A stretch of DNA of 64,000 nucleotides, from positions 64,001 through 128,000 of IMG/VR virus record IMGVR_UViG_3300030099_008323. One strand, 5' to 3'. A model generated the notes under the pieces. That model ran no database searches and was not told the origin of the DNA. It saw only the letters and a program-made list of their open reading frames with translations. Positions 10,901 to 19,200 of this stretch are shown piece by piece (position 1 is the stretch's first letter; each line of letters starts with the position of its first letter). The position numbers were made by a program, and so were the translations under genes. This DNA is from a virus.

Positions 10901-11450
10901 TAACGTAATAATGATCAAAAAAATCTTGAGATGTGTCAATAAGCGGAGGTACAAAGTCTCCGTTTGATTTAATAACACCCGTCTTAACTGCTGCCAGCCA
11001 AGAAAAATAACCTCCACTATGTCTTTCGGCTTGTGCTTCAGGTAATCCCAATGAAGACTCGCCAATCTCATTTAAATCACAATAAAAAGATATTTTCTCA
11101 ACTGTCGATTTTTTATTACTATCAAGCTCAAATGAAACGTCAGCACAGTGTTCTAATTGTATTTTGTGATTGTAGAAATACCTGAGAGGCCTCCAATTAT
11201 TTCCAAAAGACTCTTTCTCTGTATTTTCATTTTGCCTAGCTAGATCCCAATATTTGCCTAAAGCTATTCTAGCAAAATCTTTTTTAAAGTCGCCAAGCCT
11301 TAAATTTGATAAATTAGTAATTCCTATTACTTGATCAATATACTGAGGGTCATACCTGCTAAGATCAGTAGAACTTCTAGGCACTTGGGCATATGAAGTA
11401 GCGTCGACCACTATTTTCTCTTTTCCTACTATATTATCTTGTTGAGCCAT
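7923..11450 (-). CDS. Large virion structural protein (~1175 aa) with FN3/Ig-like C-terminal region and Gly-rich tail
   Basis: PPIPPQVNIVP...LPNKKYYYTFRSIDSHGHISNPSE is an FN3-like pattern; lies in the structural module. Start placed at ATG 11450 (track uses TTG 11468). Confidence 0.55.
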   Translation of the reverse strand: MAQQDNIVGKEKIVVDATSYAQVPRSSTDLSRYDPQYIDQVIGITNLSNLRLGDFKKDFARIALGKYWDLARQNENTEKESFGNNWRPLRYFYNHKIQLEHCADVSFELDSNKKSTVEKISFYCDLNEIGESSLGLPEAQAERHSGGYFSWLAAVKTGVIKSNGDFVPPLIDTSQDFFDHYYVTSRPFTPKEQLQFNMTGPNISIANYKTYYNERINSADYETAIANRNELNNSLPSVYGFLRIIAGQEILEGDTNYLAGQQAKYNQTIGAIKKFYDKGDLLADYSEINKPGADAINNILFHYPFETLVTLYGSIGSVDYDIAKTTKIEKTSNIINKILSAPYDSTTAFNPYKKRPKPTGVDIDGLFESYINEYTFRLTTDNKFNNDFAFNKKFQFLEKCMMNVLFDPNIIPIMNKVDKYKNYFPFYNEIEFSTEKNTSSTAKGGDVSISKLIKEYNLHNLFMYHLASSLSKQREDSSLPYKNITNKFDESGASTSPTTKIIINPVTGEQTIVEEDTIFDSIDTKVQDPATQKFDYAVPYRFFDLNSTPVKQNIDDGSPVNIPAQQPVQDIKQIIDVIEMLDKFIEIEDYFDDYNTDTYDIRNFLCQLQSESDKGFFEIISTMLTGDMDNVYNKNINVPALKENILKIYEGTKRSYKDILDGKPAHTEDLFYSVTKYIIRNDGSETPIQNVFFPNIDDTNIMKYIDTQVKYGNVAKYKYIVHAHRIVFGSKYRYQWTAPHPDVLAGITPDINSDDYTDLSIFLPSIGALQAGFALPEDLQGPYSPVELTEDLQSLAEGVKISFGNAEGPGLGPQGLAMTLGGLGLMADNAIGTQNDNYFTHFSATLRVKVEPSIKLIADKVFETPVMTILDKPPIPPQVNIVPYRAVNSKIKILLDGSVDRYRQEPISLLESDQIQFQTIKDAQLTPDGKIEFGSDDPISSFQIFRSEVHPESYGDFEFYATVNGSVYEETILPNKKYYYTFRSIDSHGHISNPSEIYLVELVDMQGAVRPIIRTVPLLVPELENPRIELNKYLYISPSTIQLFNSDNSDVDSIFSSKDVKKKYKIRLTSKTSGKKIDVNLAFEKKEEKVLVSAEKIPVQGTAATNTIQTVDQANQLSLTPGGNQGGSSQSDGGYTPSSGGIVGNTGMPSGPTPGGMGNVSPSGGASGGGGSGGY

Positions 11451-11471
11451 AAAAATTCTCTTTTTCAATAT

Positions 11472-11478
11472 TAATTAG
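11472..11478 (-). promoter_or_regulatory. Candidate phage late-promoter motif CTAATTA
   Basis: Minus-strand CTAATTA about 22 nt upstream of ATG 11450, matching the position of the motifs at 7868 and 21658. Confidence 0.4.
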
Positions 11479-11493
11479 GTTACTAATAATTTA

Positions 11494-14400
11494 TTAGCCA
11501 TTGTATGGGCCGGCGCCTGAGCCGCCTACAATTATGCTCTGGGAGCCTCCAGACATAGATGAACCTTGGCCTTGTTGATTCAACTGCTGACCAGGCGCGA
11601 GCTGAATTTGAGGCGCGCCGGATGCCGGCGAAGCTTGTGTTGCATTTTCTTGCACTTGCTGACTTTGTGCAGTCAAATTGCCTATTGAATGCTGTTGATT
11701 TTGTTTTCGCCACAGTGCTGTACTTGCCGGAGAGACCACACTCGATTTAAAGCCAAGCTCTAAAGGAATTATAACTTGCTGGTGATTAGGCGTAGAATAA
11801 TCTGAGATAGTGAAGTATTCATTTATAATAGGTATATCAATTCCGTCAATATTCTTTTCTTTATAAAATTTTAATCGACAAAATAATCTAATTCTAGGAT
11901 CTGAACTAACTCTGATTAGATCATCATTTGTTAAGAGTCTCCAATGTGTATTATCTTCTTTTGGAATTGCATCATATGAAAACCCAGTAAATACCTCTAC
12001 AGCTACTGTCATATTGTAGTGAAAAAATATAAAAGATTTATTTTCTTGAGGGTTCTCCAACTTGCTGCGCAATATATCATTTACTTCAGGACCAACTCCA
12101 TAATTTATCCTGTTATTCATATATTTAACCATCTTAAAATTATTTGGTCTTTTCTTGATCTCTACATACCCGCTTTTTACTCCTGCAAAATCTGGAGTTG
12201 GTATCTTTACAATTGATGAATTTTTATTCAGTTCACCAAAATAATTAGTAAGTTGCTCTTCGACTTCGCCATAGCCAGCGGCATCAGAGTATTGATCAGC
12301 CCCAAGAGGATATATATCGCTGAAAGGTCTTTTTACAGTACCATCAATTCTCCCATTAACTGCTCCGGGCTCTTTGTCAAAAAACTTATTAAATATAAGC
12401 TTTTCATGAAATGTAATTCCTAGTCTAGCTAATAAACCTTTGTAAGTGCCAATACTAGGCTTTGACATGATTGGATTATTGAGGTTTCTCACATCAGAAT
12501 GTTTGTTTTCTTTTTTAGTAATAGTGTAGCTAACTAACTCGGCAAATAATCCGTCATAATCCGTGAAAAAATATTCTGGAGCTAATACATCAAAATTATT
12601 TGATAATACCCTAGATACAGAATTATTAGCAAAGCTGCTAAAGAATAAAGCGCTCCTCTTCGAAGAATCTCGGTAATAAAGCGAGGAAGGTGTTAAATAG
12701 CTGTAAGCTGTTGAAGATAAATTATCAGAAAAATCTATAATAACACGTATATCTGGTCCTGAAAAATTTGATTGTTGTGCTTCTTTTATTCTTTCAACTG
12801 AATTGTAGTAGCTAGTATCTGGTACCAGCAAACCAATGTTTGTATTTGCAAAGGAATTATTATCTTTTGCTAGGCCAGTAAACTTGCAAGCATCAAGCTG
12901 GCAGCGGGCTCGGAAGTATTCCACTGATAAGTTTTTTAAGCCAAAAAAGTTTACATTTGTTATAGTGCTTAACCCATCGCCAAGATAATCAACAAAAACA
13001 GTATTTGTTGAGTCCACTCTATTAAGAGATCTAGGATTATCAAAAGTATGATGCTCAATGATTGTTGTTAGTGCTGGTGATGATAGCAGTTCATCTAAAT
13101 TATTAGTTTGTCCAGAGGAATTATTTTCCGTTAAGTCAGAGCCTCCGGGCTTTTGTTTGTTCGCACCTGTTTTAGTTTGTATTTTTTTTATAGCTGTGTC
13201 AAAGAATTTTATAAATAGCTCTATACCCTCAGGAGAACCAAATTCAGGATTAATCATTGATGCTAATGTATTATTTACTTGCGTATCAATGAACTCATCG
13301 GATAGAAGAAGCTTACATTGATTTAAATTGTCAATAGCAGTCTCCCATATGTACAAGCCATCTGAATTTTTTTTGCACACATTTTGAGCCTCACTAATAA
13401 ACTCAGGTTCGAAAGTCCTATAAATCATATTGTAATACGGTTTAAAAAATGATTTTCTATGTTCTTTAGAAATTAAATCCGCCCTATAGTTTTTAACTAA
13501 TTTATTGCTTCTAACACCAGAAAGTGATAAATTGTAATATTTATCTAATTTCCTTCTAGCTTGTTTAAGCTCATGTAAAAATTTGTTTAAAAAATGATAT
13601 GTACCGTCTTTGAAATGTAGTTCAACTCTATATTGATAAACACCTGCAGAGATATCTTTAGTTTCTAAATCTGAAAAACTAAAAAACCTCTTGCTGGTTG
13701 TGCCAGGACTAAGAGACAACTCATGTATCTGTGGGCTTGGTGTCGTAGTTCCATAATCATTTTGATCACCAATTACAGCAATTAATTTTGATGGCTCTTC
13801 ATAAGACGTATCATCTTTAAACTTTTTATAATTACGCCCAATTGTGTGCTCGTTTATGCGATCTCTATACACCTTTAATTCTATCAACCTTGAATTAGAA
13901 AGCACCTCGGGCGCCCAGAGCGGCTGCTGAGCTTTAGTAGCGACTGTATCAGACATGAGTCCCTGTACAGAGCGACGAAGGTCACTATACAACGTAGAAT
14001 TATTTTTTAGCAAATTGTCAAAATCAATAAAAAATAAGCCGCGGGTGCCACCAGATGCGTCGCGCGTTAAATAAAGCTTTGAATATTCATCATCATTGTC
14101 TCTGGTAAAATATTTTTTAGTTTTCTTTTCATAACTACCCAATTCTTTGCCAATTTGTTTTAATTGTAGCTCTGGCCTTGGGCCTAGAGTTGATCGATCA
14201 CCTCGGCCGACTACCCCCAAGACATTTGGTGCCGTAGGTGGAATTAAACTACCTCTAAAATCATCTATTTTATAGTTTGGATATTCAACTAATTCTAATT
14301 TTGGCTGTGATGCACCAGGAATATGCAGCTGGCCTACCATCCACCCTCTATTATAACCAAAAGATCCATCTCCAAAGTATCCTGATGGATCTGGATTATC

Positions 14401-15273
14401 AGGGCCATGTAAATGCACAGAGCCCTCCCAAATCTCTCCTCCAGGCATAAAAAAAGATTCTCTATTCTGCAACACATCCCCGGCATCAAAAACTATTTCA
14501 GAATTAACCGGGCCTTCAATGATATAATCTTCAAACTTACTAACACTATCATCGTTTATGTTGTTAAAATTTGCCTGAAGAAAATGAGGAACATGTAGTA
14601 AGCTGTAAAACATGAACCCTAATGATGAGCCTGCAATCTCAGGTGATACTATTGTATATCTGTATTCTATTGGTACTATATAATATGGCTTGCCCTTTCT
14701 AACCTCTTGCCTCACTTTCCCTTGAGAAATTGCACTTTGTAAATCTAAAGGTTGTTGGCCGCCGAAAGCAGTTGATGTAGCTATTTGAACTGGGGGAGGC
14801 AAAGCAAGATTTGAGGTGGCGCTAGCTAACAAACTATGCTTGCCTACATAGCCAACTTCAGGCGAAGAATCAATTCCAATTATTTTTGACATAGGCCCTC
14901 GTGGGAGCCAATTTTTACCTAATATAGCCCCTGCAACATATATGTTACCACCATCATCAGATCTTTTAATTGATAGTGGATCATTACTAGGCTTAAGTAC
15001 GTCGACGTTAACAACAGGCACAATTTGGACAAACAATGAATTGAACAAGCTACTTTTCTTGCCATCTGGGCCCGGAGGCGCGTATTGTCCAAGCCAAGAA
15101 GAGTGAACATTTGTAGCATTGGCTAACATTTCTAGATTTAAGGTAACAGTTATATTAGCTGTTTTTTGCTCAGTATTGTTGCCTACTATTACTTTTTCTC
15201 TGTCTAAAATAATCTTTCTGCAGTACACGTGCGGCAATAAACCTGCGCCCTCTATCATATCCAAGTACTTCAT
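11494..15273 (-). CDS. Large putative virion protein (~1259 aa), Gln/Gly-rich C-terminal tail
   Basis: Long ORF in the structural module with beta-rich segments (AGVYQYRVELHFKD); no catalytic motif recognised. Start placed at ATG 15273, 2 nt after the upstream stop. Confidence 0.5.
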   Translation of the reverse strand: MKYLDMIEGAGLLPHVYCRKIILDREKVIVGNNTEQKTANITVTLNLEMLANATNVHSSWLGQYAPPGPDGKKSSLFNSLFVQIVPVVNVDVLKPSNDPLSIKRSDDGGNIYVAGAILGKNWLPRGPMSKIIGIDSSPEVGYVGKHSLLASATSNLALPPPVQIATSTAFGGQQPLDLQSAISQGKVRQEVRKGKPYYIVPIEYRYTIVSPEIAGSSLGFMFYSLLHVPHFLQANFNNINDDSVSKFEDYIIEGPVNSEIVFDAGDVLQNRESFFMPGGEIWEGSVHLHGPDNPDPSGYFGDGSFGYNRGWMVGQLHIPGASQPKLELVEYPNYKIDDFRGSLIPPTAPNVLGVVGRGDRSTLGPRPELQLKQIGKELGSYEKKTKKYFTRDNDDEYSKLYLTRDASGGTRGLFFIDFDNLLKNNSTLYSDLRRSVQGLMSDTVATKAQQPLWAPEVLSNSRLIELKVYRDRINEHTIGRNYKKFKDDTSYEEPSKLIAVIGDQNDYGTTTPSPQIHELSLSPGTTSKRFFSFSDLETKDISAGVYQYRVELHFKDGTYHFLNKFLHELKQARRKLDKYYNLSLSGVRSNKLVKNYRADLISKEHRKSFFKPYYNMIYRTFEPEFISEAQNVCKKNSDGLYIWETAIDNLNQCKLLLSDEFIDTQVNNTLASMINPEFGSPEGIELFIKFFDTAIKKIQTKTGANKQKPGGSDLTENNSSGQTNNLDELLSSPALTTIIEHHTFDNPRSLNRVDSTNTVFVDYLGDGLSTITNVNFFGLKNLSVEYFRARCQLDACKFTGLAKDNNSFANTNIGLLVPDTSYYNSVERIKEAQQSNFSGPDIRVIIDFSDNLSSTAYSYLTPSSLYYRDSSKRSALFFSSFANNSVSRVLSNNFDVLAPEYFFTDYDGLFAELVSYTITKKENKHSDVRNLNNPIMSKPSIGTYKGLLARLGITFHEKLIFNKFFDKEPGAVNGRIDGTVKRPFSDIYPLGADQYSDAAGYGEVEEQLTNYFGELNKNSSIVKIPTPDFAGVKSGYVEIKKRPNNFKMVKYMNNRINYGVGPEVNDILRSKLENPQENKSFIFFHYNMTVAVEVFTGFSYDAIPKEDNTHWRLLTNDDLIRVSSDPRIRLFCRLKFYKEKNIDGIDIPIINEYFTISDYSTPNHQQVIIPLELGFKSSVVSPASTALWRKQNQQHSIGNLTAQSQQVQENATQASPASGAPQIQLAPGQQLNQQGQGSSMSGGSQSIIVGGSGAGPYNG

Positions 15274-15275
15274 TG

Positions 15276-16265
15276 CTAACAAATCTCCCCAGGATAATCT
15301 GATTCATCTTCATAAATATCAAAAGTTCTATCTCTATCTCTTTGGGAGATTTCTTCACAAGTGGCAACGTCTTTTTCAGCAAACAATCCAGATCTAGTTT
15401 TGTTGTCTTTTACTACGTCATACTTACAGATAACTTCGTCTTCAATTTGATTATCGACTCTAATATCAAAATAATAGTCAGCATATTTAGGTCCTATCTC
15501 TGGACCTATATTCTCTAATATTTGAGAATTTGTAAAATTATCAGGAACAAACGAGAGAGTTCTAAGTGTCTCTGTTGTAACACCACTTTCTGTTGTCTCT
15601 TCTATTTCAAATATCTCTAGGTCAAAATTAAGTTTTTGATCCCGAGAATTAGCTTCTACAAATTTAATTAGTATAAAATTTTCATCTTCAGCTGCAGAAA
15701 TTATTGTTGACCCGCCTGAGAGGCCGGCTTCGTTAATATCTGTGACAGCCTGAGAATTACCAAATGTTTTTATTTCCATAACAGAATCAAGCTGAGGAAT
15801 ATCTAACACTATATTTGAACCTGTTATGTTTGCTGGTCCGGAGCCAACTATGGTCAATGTGTTTGATGAGCCAGTTATAGAACCTTGCAGAAAATTTACT
15901 CCCCATGCTGGAGCGTGTTTGGAGTTTAAATCCATTGTGCCGATCGGCTTTGGAAGTCTATAATTTTTTTCTGCACTTTTCTGCAAATTATCATATCTAT
16001 TTTCATCATAGTGATCAAATAGAAGTTCAAATTCTTTTTCTAGTGATGTAAAGCCAGTTTGTGTCTTCATAGTTTGTGTCTGTTTTATTCGCTCAATCGA
16101 TTCATTTTGCTCTTCAACTATGCCCGCCTTTCCTGAATCGTACATCACATTGTCATCGAAAAAAGAATAATATTTAGGTTTAAATTTACCCCTAGAAAGT
16201 AAATTTCTTCCAAATTGAGTTAATTTAAGTTCGATGACGTCTTGTTTTTTATTAAAATATTCCAT
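15276..16265 (-). CDS. Virion/baseplate-associated protein (329 aa), diverged paralog of 6751..7848
   Basis: N-terminus IELKLTQFGRNLLSRGKFKPKYYSFFDDNVMYD aligns with LDAVLTDTGRLRLAQG..FKISKFAFGDDEINY. Confidence 0.55.
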   Translation of the reverse strand: MEYFNKKQDVIELKLTQFGRNLLSRGKFKPKYYSFFDDNVMYDSGKAGIVEEQNESIERIKQTQTMKTQTGFTSLEKEFELLFDHYDENRYDNLQKSAEKNYRLPKPIGTMDLNSKHAPAWGVNFLQGSITGSSNTLTIVGSGPANITGSNIVLDIPQLDSVMEIKTFGNSQAVTDINEAGLSGGSTIISAAEDENFILIKFVEANSRDQKLNFDLEIFEIEETTESGVTTETLRTLSFVPDNFTNSQILENIGPEIGPKYADYYFDIRVDNQIEDEVICKYDVVKDNKTRSGLFAEKDVATCEEISQRDRDRTFDIYEDESDYPGEIC

Positions 16266-16268
16266 TTT

Positions 16269-19200
16269 TTACATAGTAATTTCTATATCTAGCTTAATTG
16301 CCTCTATAAGAGAGAAGTAATCATATGGCCAGTTTGTTCCGTATACCTCGTGAGTAGATCTATTCTTGAGAGAATTATCAAATCTTGTCGGTAATTTTAA
16401 TTTTTTTCTGTCAGGGTCTTGGTCAATAAATCTTGATTTAATTGCCCGGGCGATTTGTCTATTTTTATAAGTATCGTAATTTTTTTCTGCTTTTTGTTTA
16501 AGTTTGAAAACCATAAATTTTAAATTCCTATAAAAATCTTTTACTGTCCAATCTGGTACCAAACCATTTTGTCTAGCATCACTAATTTCGTCTACCCAAT
16601 TTTGAGTAAATATCATTGGGCTCAAAAAATCTGCCAGATTTAGATTAGATAAGCTGCTTACAATCTCATCTCCATCACTATTTTTAAAAATTTGTGGTGA
16701 ATAGATGTTAGAATCTACAATCTCTAAAATTCGTCTAGGATTTGTCGCGGCTAAAGAGAGTTGTTTTTCCATACGCATACTTATATCTGGCATAACACCT
16801 TGATAGATATTTATTAAATCTTGCTTATGAAGTTTATGAGCAAAAGGAATTACAATCATCTGGAATGGGTCAATTGCTGCATTGTTTAAGAAATCAAATT
16901 CTGGTGGTAACTGAAAACCGCCAAGATTATTTTCAATACCCATCATCTTCTTTATCATGTGTCCACAATCTGTCATTGATGCATTATTATAACTTTTAGT
17001 TGATGACCCCCAAAGCTCTTTATAATCTAGTTGTGCTGGGTCATATAACTCGCGAGATAATAAGATGCTGTATATATTTTCAAATATTTGTTTATTAATT
17101 GGCAAAAAGTGTTTTCCAGGGATAATATGCCGTGTAGAATATATTTCTGACTCACTGTCAATTGGTTGAAAATTAATTGGCTGTTCAAAGTAAGGAATAA
17201 CAACAACTGCCTCAGATACAAGCTTTGAATGGGCTATTCTGCCTATCTCTACAGACTGCTCATCAAAAAGATTTATATCGCTCAACAAAGAACCTGTTGT
17301 TTGTATCTCGGCGCGGTGGGCTGTTCTTTCAGTAAAGAAATCTTTTCCATTGGCTGCGGAGAGTCTGGAGTCAACATTGTTGTCTTGACTAACTAAACGG
17401 CGATTTTCTAAAAAGACATCTTCAACTTTTAGAACAATTCCTTTTTCCATTGTTGTTGGATCTATGTTCAAGTTTTCATAAATGCTGTTCATTGCTGCAG
17501 CATCATACGGATCGGTGCCATATCCTGCCCATATTGATTTACCAGTCGATGCACTATGATACGGGTTTTCAAGCAACTTAAATTGTCGTCTTAAAGATAA
17601 ATTTGCCTGCTTCGAAGAAAATCCAGATATTCCAGAAGATCCGGCTTTTTCATTGTGAGTAAATTCTTCATAAGCTGATATAGAGGATGAAAAATCTAAA
17701 ACAGGGCACACCCACTTAGGATTAATATACCATACACTTTTTTCCGCGTCATTCTGGCCTAAAGTCTTAATTTGTACCGGATTGTTAAACACATCAACAC
17801 TAGCATCAATCTTCATCCTACCAGTTGTTATTTTCTGAGCCGATCCAGAAGTTGGAATGGTAATTGCTAGCTTGTTATCTAAGTCATATTCTTCTTTATA
17901 AAAAGATCCACTTCTTTCGTTACATTTAGAGAATATTGAAAACAAATCGTTTGTTGTTGTATCGGGCGTAAAGCTAAACACCATGCTGCTTTTTCCGTAG
18001 AAATATGGAGGTGTATATGTTTGATAAGCAGGATCTTGTAGATTATACATGTAGTATTTTTCTGAGTCTTGATAGTGTAATGAAAAAGTATCAATAGTGC
18101 CGTCATTCTTAAGAGAAGTAATTCTTTGGTTAGAGGTATCACCCACTGCGCCGACATCCACTATTTCAATTGGTGGGCCGTATAAATAACCCCTAAGAGA
18201 AGACGTAACATTGTGTGTTGTATTGGATGATGCCGGAATATGTAGTCCTGATTCTCTAGGACCCTCACACATAATTTGATCTTTGCCCATCTCTAATGAA
18301 ATTGCTGCATAATATGTTGAATCTAAGTCTGCTGCCAGTTCCGTGTCAATTGCATTTGAAAACAATATTGGCATCTTTACACCGGGCGTTTGATCGCTTA
18401 AGAAAAATTCCATTGTTTCTGCTAGGAAATTATGCATTGAGTCCTGGTATAAATTCTGTGTATTACCCTTCGTAGTTTTAGATATCTTTCTATTGTCCAT
18501 GTAAAAATGCACGTTGGGGGCATTATAACCATTTGTTACTATATTTGAATCTGGATTATCAGATTCCCTGTGTCTGTTTTGATCAAAATAGTCTGGCATC
18601 AGGAATGTTCTTATTGGATTTTCTTTCTTACCGGCGCTGAAATATGTCTTTAATTTGCCGACATCTCTTAGAAGCTCAAAATTAAATCTAGTAGTAAATC
18701 CACCACCAGAATTTTGAAGAAATGACTGCACAATACCAGGCAGAATCATTCTTGCGCCTTGGGCTTGAAAGCCGCCATATGGAATTGATCCTGTTACTTG
18801 TATATCTAAAGGCTGAAGTGCCACAGATGCAGTTAAAGTTGGTACGTAAAAGTTCATTGGGGAAAATGTTGTAGTGTTAACAGTGCCATCAGTCCTATTA
18901 ACATGATAATCAACAGCTATGCCAGACTTAATAGAGTTGTATAATACTCCTGGCGCCATTGTAGGCTCTAAAAGAGCTTGCAGCTTTGAATTAAGATCTA
19001 AATTAAGATCTGATTGCAACAAAGCCTCTTGCCCAAAACCATTTTTAAAGTAAGCGCCGATTTGCACAGTGCGCGTAACTGGGTAAAAACCATTATAAGG
19101 AAGTAGTTTTTTTAACCCTTTGCACCTAAAGGATATCTTTTGTGGTATTAAATCATCTCCAATAATTTTTGTGTCTAATAGTTTAGTAAAATCTGTTAAA

